Shown: positions 9,192-20,618, numbered from the whole stretch's first letter. The stretch: DNA of 63,599 nt, filler included, from 7 parts of 7 records of this genome joined end to end with filler, not necessarily neighbours in it; one strand, 5' to 3'. A program made the numbers and translations. Notes: generated by a model from the sequence alone, not told the origin.

Positions 9192-10718
9192 ATGAATCAA
9201 ACAAATAATAAACGTATAGCAAAAAACACCATGTTTCTTTATTTCCGGATGATGTTTACCATGGTTGTGGCTTTATATACATCTCGGGTTGTATTACAAA
9301 TTTTAGGTATTGATAACTATGGGATATACCAAACAGTAGGTGGGATTGTTGGATTTCTTTCATTTATGAATAACGCATTAGCTACAGGCTCTTCACGTTT
9401 CTTAACATTCGAACTTGGCACAGGTAATAAAGAAAAACTAAGCAAAACATTTTCTACAACATTGACTGTGCATATTCTCTTGGCTCTATTTATAATTATT
9501 ATTGCCGAAACATTAGGATTATGGTTTTTACATAATAAACTTGTAATTGATCCTGAAAAAATGAATGCCGCTGTGTTCGTTTTTCATATATCTATTTTAA
9601 CAGCTGCAATAACTATAACTCAGGTTCCATATAATGCAAGTATTATTGCACATGAGAGAATGTCTGTTTTCGCATATGTAAGCATAGTTGAAGTATCCTC
9701 AAAGCTAGCTATAGTATACCTTTTAAATGTTGGAAACTATGATAAGTTAAAATTATATGCCATTTTACTAAGTATAATTCAAATCGGTGTTATGATATTC
9801 TACCGTTTCTATTGTACTAGGAGTTTTAAAGAAACCAAGTACCGTTTCACTTTAGATCGTTCTATCTTCAAATCTGTTGCGTCTTTTTCTGGTTGGAGTT
9901 TACTCAGTAATGCATCACAAGCTTTAGATAGCCAGGGAATATTAATTCTCATTAATATGTTTTTTTCTCCAGCTGTAGTAGCAGCAAGAGCAATTTCAAT
10001 TCAAGTTAATATGGCTGCAGAACAATTTGTTGATAATTTCCGTACTGCAGTAAATCCTCAAATCGTAAAACAATACGCATCAAAGAATTATGAAGGTTCA
10101 AAACAATTATTACTTTCTTCTACTAAATACTCATATTATTTGATGTTAGTACTCAGTTTACCTATATATATTCTGGCAGAACCACTATTGAACTTATGGT
10201 TGACAGAAGTACCTGAATACACGGTCATATTTCTACAATTAATTGTAATTGAAAGCCTATTCCATGTTTTTAACACTTCTTTTTACACCGCTCTTTATGC
10301 AAAGGGACAATTAAAAGAAAATGCTTTAATTACTCCAATATTAGGTTTTTTAATGTTTCCTTTAGTTTATTTATTATTCAAAGCAGGTTATTCTCCTGTA
10401 ACCTTATCATGGATAAGTCTTTTTATGGCAGCAATACTTGGCCTGATAGTAAAGCCAATATTAATTGTTAAAATAGTAGATTATAGATTAAAAGACATTT
10501 TAAAAGTATTAATTTCATGTTTCAGTGTTACAATTGTTGCAATTCCAATACCACTATTATCTAATCATTTTCTTAATGGCATTAATAACATATTTGAATT
10601 TATTGAAGTTGTTGCTATATCTATAACTTGTGTTGCTGTTAGCGTTTTCTTTATTGGAGTAAACACTAATGAACGAGCAATTATTATCAATCAAATTAAG
10701 AAAAAACTCAAAATTTAA
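9192..10718 (+). CDS. wzx: Wzx-type polysaccharide flippase (MOP superfamily)
   Basis: NNKRIAKNT...LYTSRVVLQILG..NYGIY N-terminus typical of Bacteroidota Wzx. 508 aa, many TM segments. Confidence 0.85.
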   Translation: MNQTNNKRIAKNTMFLYFRMMFTMVVALYTSRVVLQILGIDNYGIYQTVGGIVGFLSFMNNALATGSSRFLTFELGTGNKEKLSKTFSTTLTVHILLALFIIIIAETLGLWFLHNKLVIDPEKMNAAVFVFHISILTAAITITQVPYNASIIAHERMSVFAYVSIVEVSSKLAIVYLLNVGNYDKLKLYAILLSIIQIGVMIFYRFYCTRSFKETKYRFTLDRSIFKSVASFSGWSLLSNASQALDSQGILILINMFFSPAVVAARAISIQVNMAAEQFVDNFRTAVNPQIVKQYASKNYEGSKQLLLSSTKYSYYLMLVLSLPIYILAEPLLNLWLTEVPEYTVIFLQLIVIESLFHVFNTSFYTALYAKGQLKENALITPILGFLMFPLVYLLFKAGYSPVTLSWISLFMAAILGLIVKPILIVKIVDYRLKDILKVLISCFSVTIVAIPIPLLSNHFLNGINNIFEFIEVVAISITCVAVSVFFIGVNTNERAIIINQIKKKLKI

Positions 10719-10757
10719 ATACTATTATAAACGAATAATTAGTTAAGAAATAGCTAA

Positions 10758-11879
10758 ATGAAAATAGGAATATTAACCTTACCTCTGCACACAAATTACG
10801 GGGGAATAATACAAGCATATGCACTACAAAAGACCTTAATAAAATTGGGGTACGAAGAAGTTTACTTAATAAATAAAGAAGTCCATAAACTTCCCATTCT
10901 AAAAATATTCTCAATTAATATAAAGAGATTAATAAAAAAGATCCTACTAATTAATACCGAACCAATCTTTTATGAAAAAAAAGAACGAAAAGAATATTTA
11001 TTAGTTAGAACACAAATCCAACAATTTATTGATTCTGAATTTACCAATATCATAAATATTGATGACTATCGAAAAGTTCCCGAGATTTTTGATACAATTA
11101 TTGTCGGGAGCGATCAAATATGGAATAATAGATATGTTAGCTCAATAGAATTTGCCTACTTAAAATTTGCAATAAATTGGAAAATAAAACGAATTTCATA
11201 TGCAGCTTCTTTTGGTACAGCAAAATTATCTTACAATGAAAAACAAAAAAATAACTGTAAGAAACTAATTCAAAGATTTGATTTCATTTCAGTAAGAGAA
11301 AAATCAGGTGTAAATATTTGTAAAAACACATTTGATATGGCAGCATCACATGTTCTAGATCCAACATTGTTATTATCACAGACAGATTATTCTTCGATTA
11401 TTGATATTTGCAACAAAGAAGAAAAAAACATTAATGGCGACTTATTTGCTTATGTTTTAAATTACAATGAAAAAATTGAATCGATTATTGGGAAAATATG
11501 TGATAAATTAAATTTTACCCCCTATTATGCCAGCACAGATAGAAATAACGTTGGAATAGAAAAACGAAAAACAGTAAAGATGTGTTCTTGGTTAAATTAT
11601 TTCAGAAATGCAAAAATGATTATTGCCGACTCTTATCATGCATGTATATTTTCAATAATTTTTAAGAAACAGTTCTTCGTGATACTAAACAATGAGGAAA
11701 ATGAACGAATTAACTCCTTACTCAACATGTTTAATTTAAAAAATAGAATTATAGATAATATCCAATTAATTGATGATAAAGTGTTACATAGTAAAATTGA
11801 GTGGGGAAAATTAGACAATATTTTACAGCAAGAGAAAAAGAAATCATTACTTTTTTTACAAAACTCGCTTACTAATTAA
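10758..11879 (+). CDS. polysaccharide pyruvyl transferase family protein
   Basis: NYGG..QAYAL, VGSDQIWN, SYAASFG, SVRE, DPTLLL and DSYHA motifs. Confidence 0.9.
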   Translation: MKIGILTLPLHTNYGGIIQAYALQKTLIKLGYEEVYLINKEVHKLPILKIFSINIKRLIKKILLINTEPIFYEKKERKEYLLVRTQIQQFIDSEFTNIINIDDYRKVPEIFDTIIVGSDQIWNNRYVSSIEFAYLKFAINWKIKRISYAASFGTAKLSYNEKQKNNCKKLIQRFDFISVREKSGVNICKNTFDMAASHVLDPTLLLSQTDYSSIIDICNKEEKNINGDLFAYVLNYNEKIESIIGKICDKLNFTPYYASTDRNNVGIEKRKTVKMCSWLNYFRNAKMIIADSYHACIFSIIFKKQFFVILNNEENERINSLLNMFNLKNRIIDNIQLIDDKVLHSKIEWGKLDNILQQEKKKSLLFLQNSLTN

Positions 11880-11981
11880 CTTTCTAAATTTATGGCTCTA
11901 ACAAATTCACTTCCACCAACTAACAACCTCTGAAATGACATACCATCATTCGTATTACAATTTGTTTTATAAACTTTATTT

Positions 11982-12908
11982 ATGATTTTTTCTGTTTTAA
12001 CACCAGCTTATAATGCAAGTAATTACATTGAACGTTGTATTAAAAGTGTATTATCACAAACCTTTACAAATTTCGAATATATAATTATTGATGATGGAAG
12101 TTCTGATTCAACATCAGAAATTTGTAACGAATATAAAACAAAAGACAGTCGTATAAAGCTAATAAAACAGAATAACAAGGGAGTAGCTGCTACGCGAAAT
12201 AAATTATTAGATAATGCTTCGGGAGATTGGATAATATTTGTTGATGCTGATGATTATATTTCTATTGACTATTTACAAATATTTTTTAATTACATACAAA
12301 AGCATAAAGAAACAGACGTTTTTGTATGTAACTACTTTTCTGATGTAAATGGGAACCTCCAAAAAGGTAAATCTAATAATTCAAAAAACAAACAAGAGTT
12401 TCTCAGTAAATTGCTAAACTATTATGAGATTAATACGGTAATTTGGGGCAAAGCAATAAAATCATCATTAATTCACAAGAATCAAATAAAATTTAATGAA
12501 AATATTGATATGGGGGAAGATTTGCTATTTATGTCGATGCTTTTCCCATATTCTTCAAACATAATATTTATAAAGGACTACCTTTATTATTGGGTTATTA
12601 ATGATAACAGTCTAACCTCAAATTACAGGTATAAGCACAGTACAGACACAATTACTGTATTTACTACTATAGAATCATATTATAAAAAAAGAAAAGACTA
12701 TAAATTGTATAAACCGTCTATCGATTTTTCAAAACTTTGTATTCTTAGTGAGTTACGTACATCAAAGGAAACCAAAAAACTTTCATATGAAACATTCCAA
12801 GACTTATCATACTCTGATTTTAATATTATTTATAAAATATTATTATATTTTATTCAAATTAATTTTCTAATAGGTATTAAAGCCATACGGAAAATTTTTA
12901 TTTACTAA
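11982..12908 (+). CDS. glycosyltransferase family 2
   Basis: SVLTPAYN, IIDDGSSD, FVDADD (DxD) and GED motifs. Confidence 0.92.
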   Translation: MIFSVLTPAYNASNYIERCIKSVLSQTFTNFEYIIIDDGSSDSTSEICNEYKTKDSRIKLIKQNNKGVAATRNKLLDNASGDWIIFVDADDYISIDYLQIFFNYIQKHKETDVFVCNYFSDVNGNLQKGKSNNSKNKQEFLSKLLNYYEINTVIWGKAIKSSLIHKNQIKFNENIDMGEDLLFMSMLFPYSSNIIFIKDYLYYWVINDNSLTSNYRYKHSTDTITVFTTIESYYKKRKDYKLYKPSIDFSKLCILSELRTSKETKKLSYETFQDLSYSDFNIIYKILLYFIQINFLIGIKAIRKIFIY

Positions 12909-12945
12909 TACATGCTAAAAAAATACAATTTTCTCTGCAACCATT

Positions 12946-13072
12946 ATGATTAAATATATTAAAAAACATACTCTATTATTCTTCATTTTAATCCTTCTCG
13001 CGTGTTTTGAACCACCTGGATTAGAGAATTTCTTTTTCTACCATGAATTAGTAATATTATTAAAAGCTTTTT
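12946..13072 (+). CDS. 5' fragment of a membrane protein (possibly Wzy/ligase), truncated by contig end
   Basis: Hydrophobic ORF start running into the N-gap. Identity inferred from context only. Confidence 0.35.
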
Positions 13073-13172
13073 NNNNNNNNNNNNNNNNNNNNNNNNNNNN
13101 NNNNNNNNNNNNNNNNTTAATTAATTAANNNNNNNNNNNNNNNNNNNNNNNNNNNNNNNNNNNNNNNNNNNN
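13073..13172. other. artificial contig linker
   Basis: N44-TTAATTAATTAA-N44 (stops in all six frames). Composition and gene content change abruptly across it. Confidence 0.98.
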
Positions 13173-13966
13173 CAGGTGTATTTATTGTAAATAATACTAT
13201 GTGGGAAGAACTTGGTCTTGGTGACCAATACCCGACTACTTGGGACGAAGTTCTTGAAATCTGTGAGCAGGTAAAAGATGAACACGATATGACAGCACTG
13301 TGTGTAAACGTGCAAGAGTATCATTTGACAAATTTTGCAATTTCATTCGGCGGAGGCTGGGGATACGGTGAAACCATCGATTCTGAAGCAAACGGAGAAG
13401 CTATGCAGTTTATTATTGACGCTTATAAGGCTGGTTATGTTATTACACCAACCGAATTAGGATTGGGCTGGGATGGAGCTGTTATGATCCAGCAATCTGC
13501 CCTGTTTTCTACAGGTGGTGCATGGTATCAACCAAGCTTTGCTTCCGAGGCTCCGGATATTGAATTGAAGTATCTGTCTATACCTCAAGGTGGTAGCGGT
13601 ACTGGCGGCGGAACACTGCATACAGCTGCACTGGTTGCACTGAAGAACTCTTCACATCCGGACGCAGTGGCAGCAGTAATTGAGTATGCTTTTGCTGACG
13701 AGGATTTATTCAATGCTTGTGTTGACGTAACTGATAACATCCCTGCAAAGACAGAGTATTTTGATATTTATAAGGAAGAGATACCTGACTTAGCGAATCT
13801 TGTTGATTATTTGGACAGTTCACAATCTTTCTCTTATCCGACGCAGAGCAAAAAGTTTGCTGACAGTTTGATTAGTCTCATGCAGGAAGCAATGATGGAT
13901 AAGACTTCAACTCTAACAGGTCAAGATATCGTCGACCAATTAGCTGAAGAGTACGGAACAGAATAA
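13173..13966 (+). CDS. carbohydrate ABC transporter substrate-binding protein (5'-truncated)
   Basis: PTTWDE motif, acidic SBP_bac_1-like sequence, upstream of two CUT1 permeases. Confidence 0.8.
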
Positions 13967-14171
13967 TATCGTAGCATCTGAAATGATGTTTCGTATTAGA
14001 TTAGGTAAATTTAAATCTGCTTGACGTAGATTACATCTATCGAATACAGGGTACGGTCTTTTAATTTTGGATTATTGAATCCTCTATTATTAAATCGGCT
14101 GCAAGGCATTTGGAAAACACATTATAGCCTTTGCGCTCTGTATTCATTTTTTCGAAACAATTTATTTTTAG

Positions 14172-15116
14172 ATGCAGCGAATGAAAAAGTATTTGAAGAT
14201 GGTGGTGAATATGATGCGGAAAATCGCATTTAACAAGAAATATAACAGAAATGAAATTTGTACAGCTATGTTCTTCCTATTACCTGCGGTATTTCTGTGG
14301 ATATTTTGGTTTTTTATACCCGCAGCCAAATCAATGAGGTTAAGTTTCTATAATTATAGTTTTATTAGTCCGGATAAGACGGAATATATTGGGTTTCAGA
14401 ACTTTATCAGGCTCTTTCAGGATGGGGATTTCATTGATGCTCTGAAGCATACATTCATATTGGCTTTTCTGGTAGTATTTCTCATTGCAGTATTGGCTTT
14501 GATTATTGCAGTCATGCTTGATAGTAACATTAGGGGGAAAACCTTTTTTAGGACAGTCTACTACATGCCGTATATTATATCTTCCATTGCGGTCAGCATA
14601 TTTTTTATGTACTTCTTTGTAAAGGATGGAATAGGAACAAAAATTTTCATGCTGTTCGGAGCGGAAAACACAACATGGTTTACCAATCCTCAATATGCCT
14701 TATATTTGGTTTCAATTATATATATCTGGCAGCAGTTAGGGTTTTACATCATCCTGTATATCGCAGGGCTGCAAAATATTCCTAACAGTGTATATGAGGC
14801 GGCCAGAATCGACGGAGCTAGTCGTATGCAGTCCATTCGCTATATTACGATTCCTATGCTCACACCGACCACTTATATGGTAATAACTCTTGGTATGATT
14901 AATGCCTTTCAGATATTTGATCAGATTGCGGCCATTTCCAAGCAGAGTCCGCTAGGCTCACCAGCGGGATCAACGAGCACAATCGTTACGTTCCTATATA
15001 AGCAGTCGTTTAGTTATCTCGATATGGGATATGGAAGCGCCGTTGCTATGGTATTGGTAGTTATTATTTTTTCACTATCGCTTATACGCAATCTAATAAG
15101 TAAGGAGGGAAATTGA
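14172..15116 (+). CDS. carbohydrate ABC permease (MalF/UgpA-like)
   Basis: YIGFQNF, FFRTVYYMP, EAARIDGAS (EAA motif) and MGYGSA. True start may be near 14211. Confidence 0.92.
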   Translation: MQRMKKYLKMVVNMMRKIAFNKKYNRNEICTAMFFLLPAVFLWIFWFFIPAAKSMRLSFYNYSFISPDKTEYIGFQNFIRLFQDGDFIDALKHTFILAFLVVFLIAVLALIIAVMLDSNIRGKTFFRTVYYMPYIISSIAVSIFFMYFFVKDGIGTKIFMLFGAENTTWFTNPQYALYLVSIIYIWQQLGFYIILYIAGLQNIPNSVYEAARIDGASRMQSIRYITIPMLTPTTYMVITLGMINAFQIFDQIAAISKQSPLGSPAGSTSTIVTFLYKQSFSYLDMGYGSAVAMVLVVIIFSLSLIRNLISKEGN

Positions 15117-15117
15117 C

Positions 15118-15924
15118 ATGAAGGTTAAAAAGATTTTGCTTTATCTGGTGCTTTTTGTATTGGCTGCGATTTTCTTAGTGCCACTACTGTATGTTTTTTA
15201 TAATTCGCTGCTGCCATACAGATATGTCCAAACGTGGGCACCGCTTAGTGCCTTGACCCTCAATAATTATAAAGAGTTGTTCACAGAATATCCAATATTT
15301 CAATGGTATTGGAATACATTCGCGTCCACAGCGATAATAGTGATTGGAAACCTTATATTTCCTGTTATGGCGGGATATGCACTGGCCAAGCTCCGATTTC
15401 CTTTTAAAAAATATGTTTTCGGTATTTTGCTGATTTCCATGATGGTGCCCTTTCAGATGACAATGATTCAAATGTATATCATGATGGCGAAAATGAATAT
15501 GCACAATACTATATGGGCGATAACGCTGCCCTTTCTTTCCCAGACGCTCTATATATTTATTTCGAGGCAATTCTTTTATTCCATACCTGATGAGTTAATC
15601 GAGGCGGCGAGAATCGACGGACTCGGTCATGCGGGGGCGTTTTATCGGATTGTGCTTCCACTATCCAAACCGCTGCTTGCTACAATCGCAATCCTGTCAT
15701 TTACTGGAACATGGAATTCATATTTGGTGCCTGCAACATTTATAAATAAGGTTGATAAATTCACACTAGTCGTTGGACTGCAAACTGTCAACATGACTTA
15801 TTTCCAAAAAACGAATCTGACGATGGCTGGGGTTGTTTTGCTATCGTTTGCGGTAATTATTTTCTTTATTATCAACCAGAAGCAGTTCGTCAAAGGAATT
15901 ATGTCATCAGCTATAAAAGGATAA
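15118..15924 (+). CDS. carbohydrate ABC permease (MalG/UgpE-like)
   Basis: MAGYALAK, IPDELIEAARIDG and WNSYL motifs. Confidence 0.92.
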   Translation: MKVKKILLYLVLFVLAAIFLVPLLYVFYNSLLPYRYVQTWAPLSALTLNNYKELFTEYPIFQWYWNTFASTAIIVIGNLIFPVMAGYALAKLRFPFKKYVFGILLISMMVPFQMTMIQMYIMMAKMNMHNTIWAITLPFLSQTLYIFISRQFFYSIPDELIEAARIDGLGHAGAFYRIVLPLSKPLLATIAILSFTGTWNSYLVPATFINKVDKFTLVVGLQTVNMTYFQKTNLTMAGVVLLSFAVIIFFIINQKQFVKGIMSSAIKG

Positions 15925-15933
15925 ATTGAGGTT

Positions 15934-16849
15934 GTGATATTTATGAAGGATTATGAACGCCTAAGAATGCTAGAATATCCCCAAGGAGTCGTTGACATCG
16001 TGATTGATACAGATGCGGCTACTGAGGTAGATGATCCCTTTGCGATTGCCTACGCGCTGCTTTCACCCGAGAGGCTCAACATACGGGCGGTTTTTGCTGC
16101 ACCGTTTGCCATGAATGAACGCGCCTCGAACCCAAAAGACGGAATGGAAATGAGCTACGCAGAGATAATGCGATTGCTGGAACTCACGCATATTGAAAAC
16201 CGCAGCATTGTGTTTCGCGGTTCTGAGCGCTTTCTTGCAGACGAAGGAAAACCTGTCAGATCAGAGGCTGCATACCGGCTTATTGAACTGGCCGAAGAAT
16301 ATACACGGGAAAAACCATTATATATTGTTGCTATCGGGGCAATTACCAATATTGCTTCCGCTGTTTTGCTGTGCCCGGATATCATAAATAGGATTGTGCT
16401 TGTATGGTTGGGGGGCAACGATTTTGATGAAAGCCCGAATGTATACAATATTTATCAGGATGTAAAATCCGCTCAGGTAATCTTTGATTCTGGCATACCG
16501 CTGGTTCATGTCCCTTGTAACTATGTAGCGTCTCACATGCTAACCGGAATCCCTGAACTTAATAATTGTATAATGGGGAAAAATAAGCTCTGTGATTATC
16601 TGATAAGAATTATGAAGGAGTATGGTAGCAATCATTTCGCATGGGGGAAGCAATTATGGGACATTGCGGCCATAGGATATCTTATAAATGAGGCGTGGAG
16701 CAGGGTCGAAACTGTATCCGCACCAATCCTCACCGACAATATTACCCGGCAGGGACTACACAAGGCATTTAATAAAAAACATTAGACAGCTTGATCGTGA
16801 CAAAATTTTTCGAGATATGTATGTAAAGCTCGGAAGCGTTAAGGATTGA
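15934..16849 (+). CDS. nucleoside hydrolase (IU-NH family), frameshift near 16745-16755
   Basis: IDTDAATEVDD Ca-binding motif, IGAITN, WLGG and LWD. The +1 frame supplies the typical end RHLIKNIRQLDRDKIFRDMYVKL with TGA at 16847-16849. Confidence 0.85.
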
Positions 16850-16862
16850 GCGTGTAAAGGAG

Positions 16863-19014
16863 ATGGAGATGAAGCTTGGACTCGACTATATGGATAAGCT
16901 TTACGGGGGCTTTTTAGGCAAGGTCATTGGAGTAATTCATGGAGCCGAAACGGAGAGCTGGACATATCAGAGAATCAGGGATACCTTTGGTGTAATTGAT
17001 AGCTATCCTTATACCTTTAAAAATTTTTGCAGTGACGATGATATCAATGGTCCTTTGTTTTTTATGAGGGCACTTAGGGATTTCGGATACAATCCGGAAA
17101 TTACTGAAAAAGAGATGGCGTATACACTTGCAAATTATGTGCCGGACGGGCATGGTTTTTTCTGGTGGGGCGGCTACGGGATATCAACCGAGCACACCGC
17201 ATACCAAAATATTATGGATGGTGTCCCATCGCCAATGAGCGGCTCGGCTCAGTTGAATGGGATGACTGTTGCAGAGCAGATAGGCGGACAGATTTTTTCA
17301 GATTGTTGGGGTCTTTTGTGTCCTGATGATATAAAACGAGCCGCAGTGCTTGCGGGCAGGATGTCTAGCGTCACACACGATCGCAATGGAATATATGGCG
17401 GTCAGTTTATTGCCGCTTGTATAGCGAGAGCTTTTACCGCCGACACTGTGTCGGAAATAATTGATGATGCGCTTACGGTGATTCCTGATGACTGCGATTA
17501 TGGTAGGATGGTTCGGGATGTGAAGGCGGTTTGTGAGAATAATGGATCCGACTGGGAAAAATCCTTTCAATACGTTGAGGAAAAATATGGATACCAGCAC
17601 TATGAGGGTGTGTGCCATATTATACCCAACGCCGCAGTGATTGTGCTAGCTATGGTGCACGGAAATGGAGATTTTGGGCACACGATTAACATAGGAAACA
17701 TGTGCGGCTGGGATACAGACTGCAATGTCGGCAATCTTGGCTGCATTTTGGGTGTGCTGAGCGGTGCGTCTAAAATTGACGAAAAATGGTTGACGCAGGT
17801 CAATGATTTTGTTTGTGCTTCCAGTACAATCGGCTATTTAAATATTCAGACTGTTTCGCAGGCGGCGGCATTTGCTGCACAGACAACCCATAGTATTTAC
17901 GGAGTCAAACCCGACGAAACATTTGACAGGATTTTTAATCTACCGGAGGGACAGTATTTTCATTTTGAATTTCCAACCTCGACTCATGCAATGCGAGCAG
18001 AGATGGTGGGAAAAAGAAGGTTTTACTCTCTAACACAGACGAAGATGCCTTTACGGGCAGCCGTTCGTTAAAAATAATAGTGCCTTCCTGGAAAATGGTG
18101 ACAGCTTTCAGTTATTTTATAAATCTTATTATGTTCCAGATGATTTTGACGACAGCAGATATGACCCTGACTTTTCGCCGACGGTGTATCCTGATGACAG
18201 AATATCGGCATATTTTAAACTTTCGGATAAGTCTCGAATCCGTGCGAAGTTGATACCTTATTATAAAGATAGGATATCTGGGATGACTTTCGAGTTATCA
18301 GAGGATACTGTCAATGTAGAAACCGGTAAGCTATGGAATCCCTTAGCATTTCGTATACCTCCGGCGAAAAACGTAATTATTGAGGAAATTGGCTATAAGA
18401 TCATATGTATGAAGAGAGAAACCGGGGAACCGAGGCTGCCCCTTATCATGTATATGGATGATATGACTATAACCCATGATACAGATTTTGGCATGTCTTT
18501 TGAAAAGCTTCCGTATGAAAAATGGAATCAGGTGCGTGTGACACCTGCGCACATGACATATTTGCGTGGAAATTTACGGCTGCAAGATGGCAAACTTGAT
18601 ATAAGCGGAAGTGGAAAGGATTCTCAGGCATATACCGGGAGCTTGAACTGGCAGAATTATCGGTTTATAGTAAGGCTTACTGCCAGAGAAGGTAGTGAGC
18701 ACAGTGTTCTTTTCCGAGTGCAGGGTGGTCTTCGGTACTATATCCTCTCTTTGAAGGACAATAACTCCGTAGTGCTATATAAAATGGACGGCGAGAAAAA
18801 AATGCTTATGGAGGCAGAGTTTTCATGGAATCACGAAGAAGAATATGAAATTGGAATTATTGCGATTGGAAAGCGGATCGATATATCCGTTAACAAAAGC
18901 CGCATAATTTCTTTGGAAGACTGCGACAAGCCACTGCTAAACGGATGTATTGGATTTGGCAACGCATACGCAAGCAGAACGTCGTATGGTGAATATGAAC
19001 TGAAGGAGCTTTAA
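16863..19014 (+). CDS. ADP-ribosylglycohydrolase (DraG/ARH) family protein with C-terminal beta-sandwich extension, about 717 aa, two frameshifts (~18011, ~18085)
   Basis: SDDD, EQIGGQIFSD and GWDTDCN metal-binding motifs. Intervening frames read continuously (...NTDEDAFTGSRSLKI / ENGDSFQLFYKSYYVPDDFDDSRYDPDFSPTVYP) into ORF 18184-19014. Confidence 0.8.
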
Positions 19015-19202
19015 CAAAGCGACGAAGGACTTGTAGCAATTCTTGATGAAAAGATTTGAGTATGAAAAAAGATTATATTGAGAAAATGTACTGAATCGAA
19101 AAGAGTACTTTCGGATTTGTTTGTGAAAACCAGCTTGAATAGCCAGATTGAAGCACTTTGGAAAATGTATAAAATTCGCAGTAAAAAATGAATTTTGCAA
19201 CC

Positions 19203-19246
19203 ATACCTCGGTTTGCTAAAATATTAGCGGAAACGAGGTATTTTTT
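19203..19246 (+). terminator. probable intrinsic terminator of the ABC-NH-ARH operon
   Basis: ATACCTCG...GCTAA-AATA-TTAGC...CGAGGTAT stem followed by a T run. Confidence 0.55.
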
Positions 19247-19415
19247 GAAAGATACTAATCATTATAAATTGATTAAGCAGGATTGTCGAAAAAAGGATTA
19301 TACATAATCAAACGAAGACAAGAAATAATTTTTAACTCCGCTTAAACAAAGTCATAAGCTCCAAAGATTCTATGGGGCGGGGGAATTATAATCATTTTTA
19401 GGTTTTTTAAAGTAA

Positions 19416-19433
19416 TGTTATCACTCGATAACA
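19416..19433. promoter_or_regulatory. palindromic operator candidate upstream of the kinase-gnd genes
   Basis: TGTTATC-ACTC-GATAACA perfect 7-4-7 inverted repeat about 110 nt before the GTG start. Confidence 0.4.
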
Positions 19434-19544
19434 AAAGCATGGTAAAATATTGGTGAGCAGAGTCTAAATGCTAAATTCCTCACTTAATGTTGTATTTTCT
19501 TTTTAAAGAGTTTAATAATTTATAAAATTTTAGGAGGTTATATT

Positions 19545-20618
19545 GTGAAATTAAGGGAAAATTATGCTTATTCTCTGGTTATTCCGACGAGCATGGGGGT
19601 TCGTATTACACCGATTAATCGCCAGCCAGTAAACACAAGCAGCTTATATACAATGCAGGCAACTAGTGCTGAATCCAACGTCGGCAATATGTCAGCGGCA
19701 CTTGGGAAGCGTGTCAAGATACTCACAACATTTGTCAAAGATAATGAAATTTCCAGTTTCATTAAAAGTGAACTCAGGAAGAGAAATATTGAGTTTGAAG
19801 GCACAGATGTGCCACAGGGCGGACCATGGGGATATCGCCACCAGTTTAATATCGCAGACTGCGGCTACGGAATGCGGGGACCACGTGTCCTTAATGATCG
19901 CACAGGCGAAGTCGGCAAAACTCTTAATGTCAAGGATTTTGATTTAGAGCGTATCTTTGAAAAAGAAGGTGCTGCAATTGTACATATGTCCGGCTTGATA
20001 GCAGCTCTATCACCTGATGCAAGCAAGTTCTGCCTTCAGGTGGCTAAAGCGGCAAAACAAGCCGGTTCTCTAATAAGCTTTGACCTTAATTATCGTGCAT
20101 CTTTTTGGGTTAACCGTGAAAAAGAACTGCGTAATATGTTTACGCAGATTGCTAGCATTGCTGATATTTTGGTCGGTAATGAAGAGGATTTCCAGCTGGC
20201 ACTTGGTATTGATGGACCAGAGCCTAACGGCAATGGACTTAATGAAAAAATTAATGGATTCAAAACAATGATTCAAAAAGCCAAAGAAGTCTTTCCTAAT
20301 GTATCAGTGTTTGCAACTACGTTAAGACAGGTAGTTAATGCAAACTTACACAAGTGGGGTGCAATTACGCTTTGCGGTGATGAATGGCATGTACTTGAAC
20401 CTAGAGAAATCCCTGTATATGACAGGATTGGCGGTGGTGATGGATTTGTAGGCGGATTCTTATATGGCATACTTCAAGATTGGGAAAGTGAGAAGTGGAC
20501 ACAGTTTGGCTGGGCTACAGGTGCACTTGTTGCAACACTTTTGACGGACTACGGTCAGCCTTTAAATGAGGAAATGGTCTGGGCGATTTACGAAGGGAAT
20601 GCAAGAGTTAAAAGATAA
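19545..20618 (+). CDS. PfkB family sugar kinase (2-keto-3-deoxygluconate kinase-like)
   Basis: AESNV, FDLNYRASFW, GNEEDF and DRIGGGDGF motifs. AGGAGG RBS. Confidence 0.85.
   Translation: MKLRENYAYSLVIPTSMGVRITPINRQPVNTSSLYTMQATSAESNVGNMSAALGKRVKILTTFVKDNEISSFIKSELRKRNIEFEGTDVPQGGPWGYRHQFNIADCGYGMRGPRVLNDRTGEVGKTLNVKDFDLERIFEKEGAAIVHMSGLIAALSPDASKFCLQVAKAAKQAGSLISFDLNYRASFWVNREKELRNMFTQIASIADILVGNEEDFQLALGIDGPEPNGNGLNEKINGFKTMIQKAKEVFPNVSVFATTLRQVVNANLHKWGAITLCGDEWHVLEPREIPVYDRIGGGDGFVGGFLYGILQDWESEKWTQFGWATGALVATLLTDYGQPLNEEMVWAIYEGNARVKR

Noticed and set aside
13967-14171. Stem-loops between the SBP and first permease as a novel ncRNA
   Set aside because: Intercistronic hairpins after SBP genes are common mRNA stabilisers or attenuators, and the pairing is imperfect.
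16863-19014. ARH gene as a DraG nitrogenase switch or a toxin-antitoxin/anti-phage component
   Set aside because: No draT, nif or ADP-ribosyltransferase toxin gene on the contig; the context is a catabolic ABC operon.
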